DNA of 32,000 nucleotides, from NCBI GenBank assembly GCA_030668875.1, contig DAOVER010000005.1, positions 72,342 to 104,341 on the forward strand, given 5' to 3'. The position numbers and the translations under genes are program-made. Shown here in pieces: positions 1 through 8,416 of the stretch; positions within the stretch are counted from its first letter, which is position 1; every line of letters starts with the position of its first letter. Origin of the DNA: Candidatus Heimdallarchaeota archaeon (GTDB lineage: Archaea > Asgardarchaeota > Heimdallarchaeia > Heimdallarchaeales > Heimdallarchaeaceae). The notes under the pieces are model-generated. The model saw only the letters and a program-made list of their open reading frames with translations, was not told the origin of the DNA and did not search any database.

Positions 1-941
1 AGGTCTATCACTTTGTTTGTCTCGATACTTTCGATAGATGCGAGAGCAATCTTTAAAGCTTTAAGCCCATCGACCGAAGTTACAACAGGTTGTTTATTTT
101 CTAAACATGCTTCCGCGAAAGAATTCATTTCTCTGCTTAATGGTTCTTGCCAAGTTGATTTTGTATTTCGTAACCACTCATCGTCTTCAATGATATATTC
201 TTGTGTGATGTAATCAGCTTCTACTATCCCTTGCTCACAAGTAAGCATCAATTTTCTATATCTGTGAGGTGTTAAATAATTAGATTCAATGAAACCAGTC
301 AACCCATTATCAAAATCAAGTAATATTTCAGCATAATCAATATAGCTATGACGTAATTTTCCTCCACGAGCATACACGGAAATAGGATCTTTTGAAGTTA
401 AATATCTGAAAGCATCAATATCATGGATACTCACATCACGAATAACATCAACATCTTTTAACCTATCAGGCCAAAATGGGCCTAGCCTTCTTGCACTCAA
501 CAATACAAGTTCACCTAGTTCCCCACTCCCTATGAGAGTTAGTGATTTGCCAATTATTGGATTGAAACGTTCGATAAAACCTACAGACACAATAACGTTT
601 GAGCTTTTAGCTGCATCAATAATTTTCTCTGCTTCTTCTAAGGTACTTGTCATAGGCTTCTCTATCATAACATGTTTTCCATGCTCTATAGCTTTGAGCG
701 CTATTTCCCCGTGAGTAGAAGTAGGAGAAGCTATACTAACCGCATCTATTTCATTTAGACTCAATAGCTCATCTAAATCTGAAAAAGCTCTAGCACGATG
801 TATCACTGCCAACTCTTTAGCCTTTTCAAGCTGAATATCATAAATACCAATAAGGTTTGTTTTTTCCATTTCTTTAAAAGCTCTTGCGTGGTTTTTACCC
901 CAGCTTCCTACTCCGATAACTGCCATATTGAGTTTTTTCAT
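1..941 (-). CDS. Gfo/Idh/MocA family NAD(P)-dependent oxidoreductase (3' end runs off the window)
   Basis: Not in the ORF track. Manual translation from ATG at 941 gives MKKLNMAVIGVGSWGKNHARAF (Rossmann GxGxxG), then HVMIEKPM (EKP motif), VGFIERFNP and DVSIHDID; the frame stays open to position 1 (...NKVIDL). Confidence 0.9.
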   Translation of the reverse strand, partial: MKKLNMAVIGVGSWGKNHARAFKEMEKTNLIGIYDIQLEKAKELAVIHRARAFSDLDELLSLNEIDAVSIASPTSTHGEIALKAIEHGKHVMIEKPMTSTLEEAEKIIDAAKSSNVIVSVGFIERFNPIIGKSLTLIGSGELGELVLLSARRLGPFWPDRLKDVDVIRDVSIHDIDAFRYLTSKDPISVYARGGKLRHSYIDYAEILLDFDNGLTGFIESNYLTPHRYRKLMLTCEQGIVEADYITQEYIIEDDEWLRNTKSTWQEPLSREMNSFAEACLENKQPVVTSVDGLKALKIALASIESIETNKVID

Positions 942-1046
942 CGAATCACTACCAACTACATAAATTAATTTTACTCGCTTTGAGTAAACATAAGTGAATA
1001 TTTAAAATTTTTTGTATGATTATTCTAAAAAATGAATTAGAGTAAA

Positions 1047-1063
1047 TAAAAAGAAAAGAAAAA
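1047..1063 (-). terminator. Oligo-T archaeal terminator after uL15
   Basis: The + strand A-tract aaaaagaaaagaaaaa is a T-rich run on the coding strand directly after the uL15 stop. Confidence 0.5.
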
Positions 1064-1513
1064 TTAGTTAGAGCTGCTTAGTTGAACTTTGCCACCAGCA
1101 GACTCTATTTTCTTAATTGCTCTTTTACTAGCTTCAGCAACTACAATATTCATCGCAGTGTTGACTTCGCCTTGAGCAAGAAGTTTAGTATAACCAAGCT
1201 CTGTCAAATTGACTTCGTATTTAGCACCCTTCTTTGTGACTTTTCCTTCACGTTCGAGGGTTGTGACCATTGAGTCTAAATGAGAGACATTGATTACAGT
1301 GTTGTCTTTTATGGATTCTCGAGGGCGGATGAAACCATGTTTTCCAATTGGAGGACGCAAACCTTTAATCGTTTGAATCCAGTGATGTGACTTAGGAGCA
1401 GCTTTACCTACTCCCCCGCGCATACCACTTTTTCTGTGGGTTCGTACAACTCCCCAACCATGGGTTCTGTATCCGCGACGTTTTCCGGTTTTCTTCTTAG
1501 TTCTAACTGTCAT
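1064..1513 (-). CDS. rpl15: 50S ribosomal protein uL15 (L15P)
   Basis: RGYRTHGWG...HRKSGMRGGVGKA, GKHGF, INLTELGYTKLLAQG and AIKKIESAGG-type motifs. ATG at 1513 is preferred over the GTG at 1522. Confidence 0.95.
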   Translation of the reverse strand: MTVRTKKKTGKRRGYRTHGWGVVRTHRKSGMRGGVGKAAPKSHHWIQTIKGLRPPIGKHGFIRPRESIKDNTVINVSHLDSMVTTLEREGKVTKKGAKYEVNLTELGYTKLLAQGEVNTAMNIVVAEASKRAIKKIESAGGKVQLSSSN

Positions 1514-1518
1514 TTTGA

Positions 1519-2007
1519 TCACGCCATCCTTACAATAAGCTCGTTTATAGCTGAGCCTCTATAACCTAAATCTCCGCCATCTGCAAAGCTTCTTTTAACA
1601 GATTTGTAACCTTTTCTTGCAGGATGTAATCTGAAAAATTTCTTTAGCTTAGGAACCTTTTGAATTATAGTTTCTCCTGTCATTAGAGCTTTTGAAAGTG
1701 ACTTTATGGTTGGATATTCAGTATTTTCCTTAACAAACTTATCAGTCAATCTAATTTTTCCTTCAGACTCTCCTCTTTTCCTTAGGACATGTTCTAAAGC
1801 TTCTTGGTTTATTTCACCCCAAGTTACATGATCTTTTGCACGCTTTAGCATACCAAGGGTTGAAGGAGTATTAAGAAATAATGACATATAGTTTGTCTTA
1901 CGAATGTTTAACATATCCAAATTTTGTTGAACCTTATAGAAGACGTTAATTCTTCCTCTAATTCTAATAACTGCCAACAATTTTAGAGTATCTTGTTTTT
2001 CACTCAT
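1519..2007 (-). CDS. rpl30p: 50S ribosomal protein uL30 (long archaeal L30P/L7-like)
   Basis: LAVIRIRG, GMLKRAKDHVTWGEI, FRLHPARKGY, GDLGYRGSAINELIVRM. Likely start ATG 2007 (the ORF track start at 2037 overlaps uS5). Confidence 0.95.
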   Translation of the reverse strand: MSEKQDTLKLLAVIRIRGRINVFYKVQQNLDMLNIRKTNYMSLFLNTPSTLGMLKRAKDHVTWGEINQEALEHVLRKRGESEGKIRLTDKFVKENTEYPTIKSLSKALMTGETIIQKVPKLKKFFRLHPARKGYKSVKRSFADGGDLGYRGSAINELIVRMA

Positions 2008-2021
2008 GTTAATCACTTTCT

Positions 2022-2663
2022 TTATCTTCGTGTCCAATCGTATGGAGCCATGATTGAATAGGTGTTTTTCAAAGCTTCAAAAGTTGCTTTTGCAAAATTT
2101 GAAGTAGTTCGTGTTTCACCAAATGTTTTGCTCCAAACATCAGATATTCCTGCTAATTCTAGAACAGTTTTAGCAGTGTTTCCAACGACTAATCCTAAAC
2201 CTCTGGGTGCTGGATAAAGAATAACCTTTGTAGACCCTACCTTACCTGTTGATTTGAAAGGAACAGTGTGTGGCCCTCCACAGTTGCATTCCCACGAACC
2301 GCATCCTCTACGAACAGGTCTGATGTTCAATTTGGCATTAACCATCGCTTTCTTAATAGCTGGACCTATTTCTTTGAGTTTTGCTTCACCTACACCAACA
2401 TAACCGTTTTTGTTTCCAACAACAACAGTTGCACGGAATTTACGTTTTCGACCCGCGTCTGTTTGTCTTTGAACAAGGCTTATATCAATCACATCGTCCT
2501 CTAGGGTGTCACCAAGCAGAATATCAATTATTTCAGGTTCTGCTAAAGGAAGACCTTGTTGGAATAGTTCATCGATAGTTGTAATTCTACCATCTTTTAC
2601 TAATCTTCCAACACGAGTTCGAGGTTCCCATTCTTCTAAATCTAAAAACATTTTATTGCTCAT
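2022..2663 (-). CDS. rps5: 30S ribosomal protein uS5
   Basis: [53 protein letters not shown]. Confidence 0.97.
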   Translation of the reverse strand: MSNKMFLDLEEWEPRTRVGRLVKDGRITTIDELFQQGLPLAEPEIIDILLGDTLEDDVIDISLVQRQTDAGRKRKFRATVVVGNKNGYVGVGEAKLKEIGPAIKKAMVNAKLNIRPVRRGCGSWECNCGGPHTVPFKSTGKVGSTKVILYPAPRGLGLVVGNTAKTVLELAGISDVWSKTFGETRTTSNFAKATFEALKNTYSIMAPYDWTRR

Positions 2664-2673
2664 CTTTTATACC

Positions 2674-3321
2674 TCATTCCATTGAATCAATTTTTGATTT
2701 TGTCTCTTCAAAATACTCGGTTATCTTTTCAGGTTTCTTACTTGCTGCTAAGTATTTGGCAAAGTATCTGTTATACTTGTTTTGATCTTCTTTAGCTAAG
2801 AGTTTTGCATATGATTGAATATGATCCCCTCTAATTCTATCTTCAGAAGGCAACATAGTTTCATTGCAAGGAACATCAACACCTGCGTCAACAACGCCTT
2901 TGAGGGTTGCAAAGATTTTTGTTCCAGAGTATGCGGTGTGTGTTCCGATATCCAGAATAGCATCCTTGATTTTAGCTTTCAAAGCTCTTTTTCCAGCAAG
3001 ATAGCCTGTAAGGTACGATGCAGGCAAATTGGATGTTGCGATATCCCAACCATATTTTTTGAGATCACCTGATGTTATCTGAATGTAAGTTTGATCTCCA
3101 CCAATTTTTGACATAACAAATTGTATCAATACTTGTTTATTGGATGCTCTTGTTACAACCCTTATTTTACCTGATTTCAATAATCTTTTACGCTGACCAT
3201 AATCAGTTTTAAGCTCTCTTCGTCTTCTAAAAGGCACTCTATACAGAGGTCCTTGCCTTTTCATCTTTTGTTGTAATTTTCTTCTCTTCTTTGGTCCTCT
3301 TTTACTTCTTCGACTTGACAT
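2674..3321 (-). CDS. rpl18: 50S ribosomal protein uL18 (archaeal L18P)
   Basis: YRVPFRRRRELKTDY, NLPASYLTG, AILDIG, GVVDAGVDVP, RIRGDHI; SD GAGGTG upstream of ATG 3321. Confidence 0.96.
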   Translation of the reverse strand: MSSRRSKRGPKKRRKLQQKMKRQGPLYRVPFRRRRELKTDYGQRKRLLKSGKIRVVTRASNKQVLIQFVMSKIGGDQTYIQITSGDLKKYGWDIATSNLPASYLTGYLAGKRALKAKIKDAILDIGTHTAYSGTKIFATLKGVVDAGVDVPCNETMLPSEDRIRGDHIQSYAKLLAKEDQNKYNRYFAKYLAASKKPEKITEYFEETKSKIDSME

Positions 3322-3334
3322 AACTTAACACCTC

Positions 3335-3799
3335 TTATAATTCAGGAAGTCTCTTCTTAGAGAGACCGTGTTCGGCTATATAATTTCGGAGATATCTCAC
3401 AGAACGGAATAAACCACCTTTTGACTGTAAATACAGTTTTCGGTAGGTTGTAGTATCAATGTATCCTTCGTCCCTTAATTTCTTCAAGAACTTTCTCTGG
3501 GCACGGATTTTCCCAATCCATCTATCTTTCTTTGAAAGTCTGGAATATTTTGGACCTTTACGGCTACCAGTACCAATTCTTTGACCTCTCCTTTTCTTTG
3601 CTGCTACAGCTCGAGCTCGTCCTCTACTAACACCTTGAATTTTCCTTTTCCTAATATCGCCATCATCAATATGACGTTTTACATCTTCTCTAGTAATAGC
3701 TAGAGAAAGATCGTATAGGCTATCAGGATCAATTTTAACTCTATTGGATCCAACTTTGAGGATTTTTGCTGCTAATCTTCTTTGTGTTTTAACGTCCAT
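3335..3799 (-). CDS. rpl19e: 50S ribosomal protein eL19
   Basis: QRRLAAKILKVG, AITREDVKRHI, GTGSRKG, WIGKIRAQRKFLK, YRKLYLQSKGGLF. Confidence 0.97.
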   Translation of the reverse strand: MDVKTQRRLAAKILKVGSNRVKIDPDSLYDLSLAITREDVKRHIDDGDIRKRKIQGVSRGRARAVAAKKRRGQRIGTGSRKGPKYSRLSKKDRWIGKIRAQRKFLKKLRDEGYIDTTTYRKLYLQSKGGLFRSVRYLRNYIAEHGLSKKRLPEL

Positions 3800-3814
3800 A
3801 ATTCTAACCTCACA

Positions 3815-4354
3815 TTAATTTTCTGCTTTGTCAGAATCTGCTAATTCATCGAGATCAAGATCCTCATCTAATTCGAAATCGTCTTCGAAATCGTCACCAA
3901 TATCATCTTCAAGTAATTCGTATTCTTCCTCAAGCGATGTTGCGTCAAGCATATCACCAATTTCATCTATAGTTGCAGGTGGGTTCAAAACCTTAAGTCC
4001 CAAATCAGCTGCATTGTCTAGAATCATTTGCCTCTTACGAGCACCAACGGTGTGCTTAATCATAACTGCTTCAGTTTCTTTATCTATTTCTTCAAGTTCA
4101 TAGATATTAGCAACATGAACTACTTGATAACCCGAAGGATGCAGACCTCTGACAGCTTTTGGTCCCCGGTATCCTATGCTGACCATAGCAGGATAACCTT
4201 TGCGTTTTTCTTTCATTTTATTATCAATACCCTTAGGTTTACGCCAGCTTTTTTTTACTCTCTTGTAACGCCAGCTTTCTTGCCTAACAAAGTTAGGTCT
4301 ACGAGCACTGATTTCTTTACGCTTTTTTAGTAAACGTTTCTTATCGACTGTCAT
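3815..4354 (-). CDS. rpl32e: 50S ribosomal protein eL32 with acidic C-terminal tail
   Basis: FVRQESWRYKRV, WRKPKGID, GYRGPKAVRGLHPSG, VGARKR, KVLNP; followed by about 50 aa rich in D/E. ATG 4354 (GTG 4360 is an alternative). Confidence 0.96.
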   Translation of the reverse strand: MTVDKKRLLKKRKEISARRPNFVRQESWRYKRVKKSWRKPKGIDNKMKEKRKGYPAMVSIGYRGPKAVRGLHPSGYQVVHVANIYELEEIDKETEAVMIKHTVGARKRQMILDNAADLGLKVLNPPATIDEIGDMLDATSLEEEYELLEDDIGDDFEDDFELDEDLDLDELADSDKAEN

Positions 4355-4409
4355 AGGCACTCACAGTAGAATGTTACCTTATTTTGGTTAACCTATCATC
4401 TGGCTGTAG

Positions 4410-4423
4410 TTTTTAATACTTTT
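4410..4423 (-). promoter_or_regulatory. BRE/TATA-like promoter of the eL32-uL15 segment
   Basis: The minus strand reads AAAAGTATTAAAAA about 55 nt upstream of eL32; an identical 14-mer lies at 10124-10137. Confidence 0.6.
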
Positions 4424-4526
4424 TATTGGTAAGAAAAAATGAAGTGAAAAGTTATACTAAACACAAATTTGGGGAAAAAATTAAAAAATTTGCAAAGGTT
4501 TAAAATGTTTTAAGAGGAAATCAATA

Positions 4527-5906
4527 ATGGAATCGAAGAAATTGGACTTATTTGATTCAATGTCTTCAAGAGTAAGTATCCCATTTAATCTTAAGGTAAT
4601 TTATACTTCTTTGTTTGCTATTCTTTATCTCATATTTCTAAATATACCCATTTTCGGCGTGCCTAGTTCAGGAGGAACTGATCCTTTTTTTGCTTTCAGA
4701 GTCATTATGGCATCTCAGAGAGGAAGTTTGGCAGAGTTTGGTATTTTTCCGCTTGTATACGCATCTTTCATTATGCATGTATTGGTGGGGTTAGGAATTT
4801 ACAAAATGGATTTCACACAAGCAGAGAAGAGAAAGAAGTTTTCGATTATAGTTACTATTCTGGGGTTGTTTTTCTCTCTCACATCATCTTTATGTTATGT
4901 AATTTTTGGTGCTTATGGAGAGATAAGTGTTGATCAAGGTTTTATAATCATTCCTCAATTATTGCTTGCTAGTACTCTTATAATAATAATTGACTATTTC
5001 ATGAGAAAAGGGTACGGATTGAGCTCTGGTGTAAGCTTGTTTATAGTAGTCAGTGTTTCACGAACTATCTTTGATGGTATGTTCAGTTTAAGTCAATTAA
5101 GAGTTGGAGGTTTTGATTGGTACAGAGGTTGTATTCTCGCATTCATTCAAGGTATCTTTAAAGAAGACCCAGATATACTGACACCACTCATCAGACCGGG
5201 TTTAACACCTGATTTTCTGGGATTCATTTTAGCAATTATAGTGTTTGGAATGACGATATTCTTTGTATCCTTTACCATAAAGAGACCATTCTATCAGAGA
5301 GATCAAATTACAAAATCATCGATGACAGCTCAATCATTATACAACTATTCTAATTCCGTAGTAATAACCAGTTCATTTTTTGCAAATATTTCCTTCGTTT
5401 CAAATATGATGTTTAATACATGGAGCTCATTTTCAACGGGATTTAGAAGTTTGTTGGTTAGTTTCTTCGGTAGATGGGAGACGATAGAAGGCACGAATCA
5501 GCTAGCTCCAGTTTCGGGGCTAGCGGCTTTTACAACCCCTCCATATGGGGTTGAACAAATTACACAACATCCGTGGAATACTTCGGTGTATTTTCTATTT
5601 ATGATTGTATATAGTATCCTTATGTCTAGATTATTAGTAAAAACATCAGGAAAGGAAAATGTAAGTATTCTAAAAGGAACAGACATATTTAATCAAGAAA
5701 AATATGAAGTCACTAATTTCCCTTTAGCATTATTAGCTGGTTTTTTCATGGGGTTTTTAGCAGGGTTTTTTAACATCATTTCTCCATTGGGAACAGGAGT
5801 AGGTATTCTAATAACAACGTGCATACTGAAACAACTCTTGGACATCATTTCCCATGAAAAATCCAAATGGAATGAATCAAGAAAAAATACGGAAATTAAT
5901 AAATAA
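4527..5906 (+). CDS. secY: SecY/Sec61-alpha homologue, divergent (probable paralogue)
   Basis: About 10 hydrophobic segments; NIPIFG (TM1), RVIMASQRGSLAEFGIFP (plug/TM2), KGYGLSSGVSLFI, FFANI, LGTGVGILIT (TM10). Several canonical motifs are altered (see findings). Confidence 0.88.
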   Translation: MESKKLDLFDSMSSRVSIPFNLKVIYTSLFAILYLIFLNIPIFGVPSSGGTDPFFAFRVIMASQRGSLAEFGIFPLVYASFIMHVLVGLGIYKMDFTQAEKRKKFSIIVTILGLFFSLTSSLCYVIFGAYGEISVDQGFIIIPQLLLASTLIIIIDYFMRKGYGLSSGVSLFIVVSVSRTIFDGMFSLSQLRVGGFDWYRGCILAFIQGIFKEDPDILTPLIRPGLTPDFLGFILAIIVFGMTIFFVSFTIKRPFYQRDQITKSSMTAQSLYNYSNSVVITSSFFANISFVSNMMFNTWSSFSTGFRSLLVSFFGRWETIEGTNQLAPVSGLAAFTTPPYGVEQITQHPWNTSVYFLFMIVYSILMSRLLVKTSGKENVSILKGTDIFNQEKYEVTNFPLALLAGFFMGFLAGFFNIISPLGTGVGILITTCILKQLLDIISHEKSKWNESRKNTEINK

Positions 5907-5944
5907 AAAATCAAGAAACATTAAGAAAAATAAAAAAAGAAGAA
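5907..5944 (-). terminator. Oligo-T terminator after uL6
   Basis: A-rich tract on + (T-rich on the uL6 coding strand) between the converging stops of the secY homologue and uL6. Confidence 0.5.
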
Positions 5945-5952
5945 TTGGAAAC

Positions 5953-6504
5953 TTATTCGCTTGCCCACTTCCAGATTCCATCCATAAATGTTTCAGGATC
6001 TTTCTTTCTCTTACCCCTTAATCTACAGATTTCTTTCATGTTGGTAGTGGTTTGTCCTACAGCTTCTTTATCGATACCTTCTATGATAACATCATCTTTG
6101 TCAACCTTAACAGTTGTATCATCTCCTACAATAGGAACAATCAAAGGTTTTCTTCCTCCATAGAGGTTCTTGATTGTTATTAGACGTTTCTTGTTATCAG
6201 GTTCAACTGTAATTGGAAAATGGCTGAAGATTATTTTTGATCTATAGACATAACCTTCTGTTACACCTATCATCATGTTTTTGAGATGACCTACAACGGC
6301 AAGCATTTTTGCCTTTTTCTTTTTGTCAACGAAATAGGATTTGACATTGATTTTATCTTTTGACTTCTTTAGTTCTACCTTGAAACCCTCGAAGTTTTTG
6401 ATAAGTTTACCTCTTTTACCTTCCATGGTAACTATAGTTCCGTCAATAGTTATCTTCAAATCCTCAAGTAATTCAACATCTCGTTCAATATATACTTGTT
6501 TCAT
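5953..6504 (-). CDS. rpl6: 50S ribosomal protein uL6
   Basis: VTMEGKRGKL, HLKNMMIGVTEGY, FSHFPITV, DKEAVGQTT, KDPETFMDGIW. ATG 6504 follows SD GGTGA (ORF track start is GTG 6513). Confidence 0.96.
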   Translation of the reverse strand: MKQVYIERDVELLEDLKITIDGTIVTMEGKRGKLIKNFEGFKVELKKSKDKINVKSYFVDKKKKAKMLAVVGHLKNMMIGVTEGYVYRSKIIFSHFPITVEPDNKKRLITIKNLYGGRKPLIVPIVGDDTTVKVDKDDVIIEGIDKEAVGQTTTNMKEICRLRGKRKKDPETFMDGIWKWASE

Positions 6505-6513
6505 TATCATCAC

Positions 6514-6903
6514 CTAATATATGTAAGCTAATAGCCTTCCACCTATTCCACGTTCTTTTGCATCCTCGTGGGTTATTACACCTTCAGATGTTGTCATTAC
6601 AAGGATACCAAAACCTCTTGCAGGTAGGTACTTTCTTTCTTCATCTTCTAGTTTATCATGTTTAACTGGAAATCGAGGTTTGATAACACCACATTTGTTA
6701 ATCCTGCCCATCAATTGTATTTCGAACATTCCTCCACGATGATCTTCTATATATTCAAGTTCACCGAGATATCCTGCTCTTTGAACAGTTCTGAAAACGT
6801 TCGCAATTATTTTACTAGCGGGTTTAACAGTGACGGTTTTCTTACCTTTTTTTTCAGCGTTAAGTATTGCAACTAAAGCGTCTGCTAATGGATCCATTTG
6901 CAT
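6514..6903 (-). CDS. rps8: 30S ribosomal protein uS8
   Basis: MDPLADAL, GRINKCGVIKPRF, LPARGFGILVMTTSEGVITH, GGRLLAYIY. Confidence 0.97.
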   Translation of the reverse strand: MQMDPLADALVAILNAEKKGKKTVTVKPASKIIANVFRTVQRAGYLGELEYIEDHRGGMFEIQLMGRINKCGVIKPRFPVKHDKLEDEERKYLPARGFGILVMTTSEGVITHEDAKERGIGGRLLAYIY

Positions 6904-6917
6904 TTTTCTTTACCTCC

Positions 6918-7085
6918 TTAGCCTCCTCGACTTCCTGTTTTCTTGAAGCCGATTTTGGAATATATTTCTCTAATACAGCGTCTGCAAACATACAAACCAC
7001 CACGTCTAATGATTGCCTGATGTGTTCCACAGCGTCTGCATTTTCTTGAGCCTTTTCCATATTTAATTTCTCTTCGTTCTTGCAT
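6918..7085 (-). CDS. rps14: 30S ribosomal protein uS14 (zinc-finger type, 55 aa)
   Basis: Below the ORF-track size cutoff. Manual translation: MQERREIKYGKGSRKCRRCGTHQAIIRRGGLYVCRRCIREIYSKIGFKKTGSRGG*, with CxxC...CxxC; canonical position between uL5 and uS8. Confidence 0.96.
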   Translation of the reverse strand: MQERREIKYGKGSRKCRRCGTHQAIIRRGGLYVCRRCIREIYSKIGFKKTGSRGG

Positions 7086-7094
7086 ATCCGTCAC

Positions 7095-7661
7095 CTAAAT
7101 TATTTGTACCTCAAACTCTGTTCTAACAAATTCCATAGTTTCAGATGGGGTTAGTAAGTGCTTCTTTGGTATTTTCTTTCGTTTGTGTTGCCTGTACTTT
7201 AACCTATAACCTGGTCTTTCTAACTTAACAACGACATTGAAACCGATTGTTCCTAGCATTGGATCAAAAGGAGCATTTTCAATATCAACGTGCTCAGTTA
7301 TACCAAAAGCAAAATTGCCTTGTTGGTCAAAGGAAGATTCCTTCACTTGATAATCATGAGCATAAAGAAGACGCTTCAACATTATCTTGGCTTCTTCTCC
7401 ACGTAATGTTACTAAAGCTGCGATAGACTCTCCTTCTCTTATACCAAAACCTCTTTCAGATCTTTTAGCTACACGTTCAACTGGTTCGCATTTGGTAATT
7501 TGACGAAGAATCTCTTTTGTTCTTTCAAATCTAGGACCTGATTCACCAACACAACTATTGATGATTAAAGCCTTCAATCGAGGTTTTCGCATTGGATTCT
7601 TTTTCCATTCATCAGCAAATTGCAAAGGAATTGGTTCTTGCTCGATTACTTCGTCACTCAT
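7095..7661 (-). CDS. rpl5: 50S ribosomal protein uL5
   Basis: NPMRKPRL, INSCVGESG, FGIREGE, VTLRG, SFDQQGNFAFGITEH, VKLERPGYR. Confidence 0.97.
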   Translation of the reverse strand: MSDEVIEQEPIPLQFADEWKKNPMRKPRLKALIINSCVGESGPRFERTKEILRQITKCEPVERVAKRSERGFGIREGESIAALVTLRGEEAKIMLKRLLYAHDYQVKESSFDQQGNFAFGITEHVDIENAPFDPMLGTIGFNVVVKLERPGYRLKYRQHKRKKIPKKHLLTPSETMEFVRTEFEVQII

Positions 7662-8416
7662 TTCTTATCACCTTCGTTACCAGCAATTGTTACACTTGGA
7701 GTATCATTGCCCACAATGAAAATATATCTGAACAGTGTAACGAAAATCTCACCATCAGGTGTCTTTATGGTCGCTGTTTTAGTTTTTTGTGTTCCATGAG
7801 AACTGATTTCTTCAATAGTTCCATGCTTACCCATCCACCTTCCACTAGTTACAATACCATAATTACCTATTTTCAATTCGTATTTTTCTAAAATCTTTTG
7901 ATCTGGTAAAGATATCTTAACTGTGTCATGTGTATGGTAAGGAACACTATCGCTTTCAGATTTCTGTAAGATGATGTTTCTACCATCATGGAGATTTAGT
8001 TGTGTTAGACCTCCTTTGAGTGTAGTCTTATTCTTAATTTGGCAGAGTTTAACTTTTGTTTCATCTTCCTTAATTGGAATTGTCCTTAGACCTTTCTTCG
8101 GAGTATATACTAATCTATAATGTTCTTTTATTTTTGGGAAGGAAATAACATCCATGAAACCTAGTGGGTATTTTCTGTTTGTTTTTATTTTTCCATCTAT
8201 GAGAACATTTCTTTCAACCAATATACGTTTAACTTCACTCATGTTTCGAGCTACTCGGAACATATCACGGAGCATAATGGCCATTGGAATACATTCATGT
8301 GCAGCATGAGGACCAGGAGAGGGTTTAACCGTATAAGTATTAGCTTTCTTTTCAATAGGTATATGTTTTGAAACAACGAATCTCTTCAGATGTCGTTTTC
8401 CACCGCCTTTTGTCAT
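7658..8416 (-). CDS. rps4e: 30S ribosomal protein eS4
   Basis: HLKR, PSPGPH, YPLGFMDVI, QLNLHDGRNI; ATGA overlaps with both neighbours. Confidence 0.97.
   Translation of the reverse strand: MTKGGGKRHLKRFVVSKHIPIEKKANTYTVKPSPGPHAAHECIPMAIMLRDMFRVARNMSEVKRILVERNVLIDGKIKTNRKYPLGFMDVISFPKIKEHYRLVYTPKKGLRTIPIKEDETKVKLCQIKNKTTLKGGLTQLNLHDGRNIILQKSESDSVPYHTHDTVKISLPDQKILEKYELKIGNYGIVTSGRWMGKHGTIEEISSHGTQKTKTATIKTPDGEIFVTLFRYIFIVGNDTPSVTIAGNEGDKK

Noticed and set aside
3828-4103. Ser-rich antisense ORFs (also 8390-8896, 14245-14445, 21235-21771)
   Set aside because: These are antisense shadows of Glu/Asp-rich coding regions (GAA/GAT read as TTC/ATC/TCx).
6918-6941. uS14 C-terminus ...SRGG resembling a ubiquitin-like GG end
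   Set aside because: There is no beta-grasp domain, and the GGAGG sequence overlaps the SD-rich region before uS8; likely coincidental.
6860-7060. ORF-track 66-aa minus-strand ORF (MEKAQEN...)
   Set aside because: Wrong frame; the real gene here is uS14 at 6918-7085.
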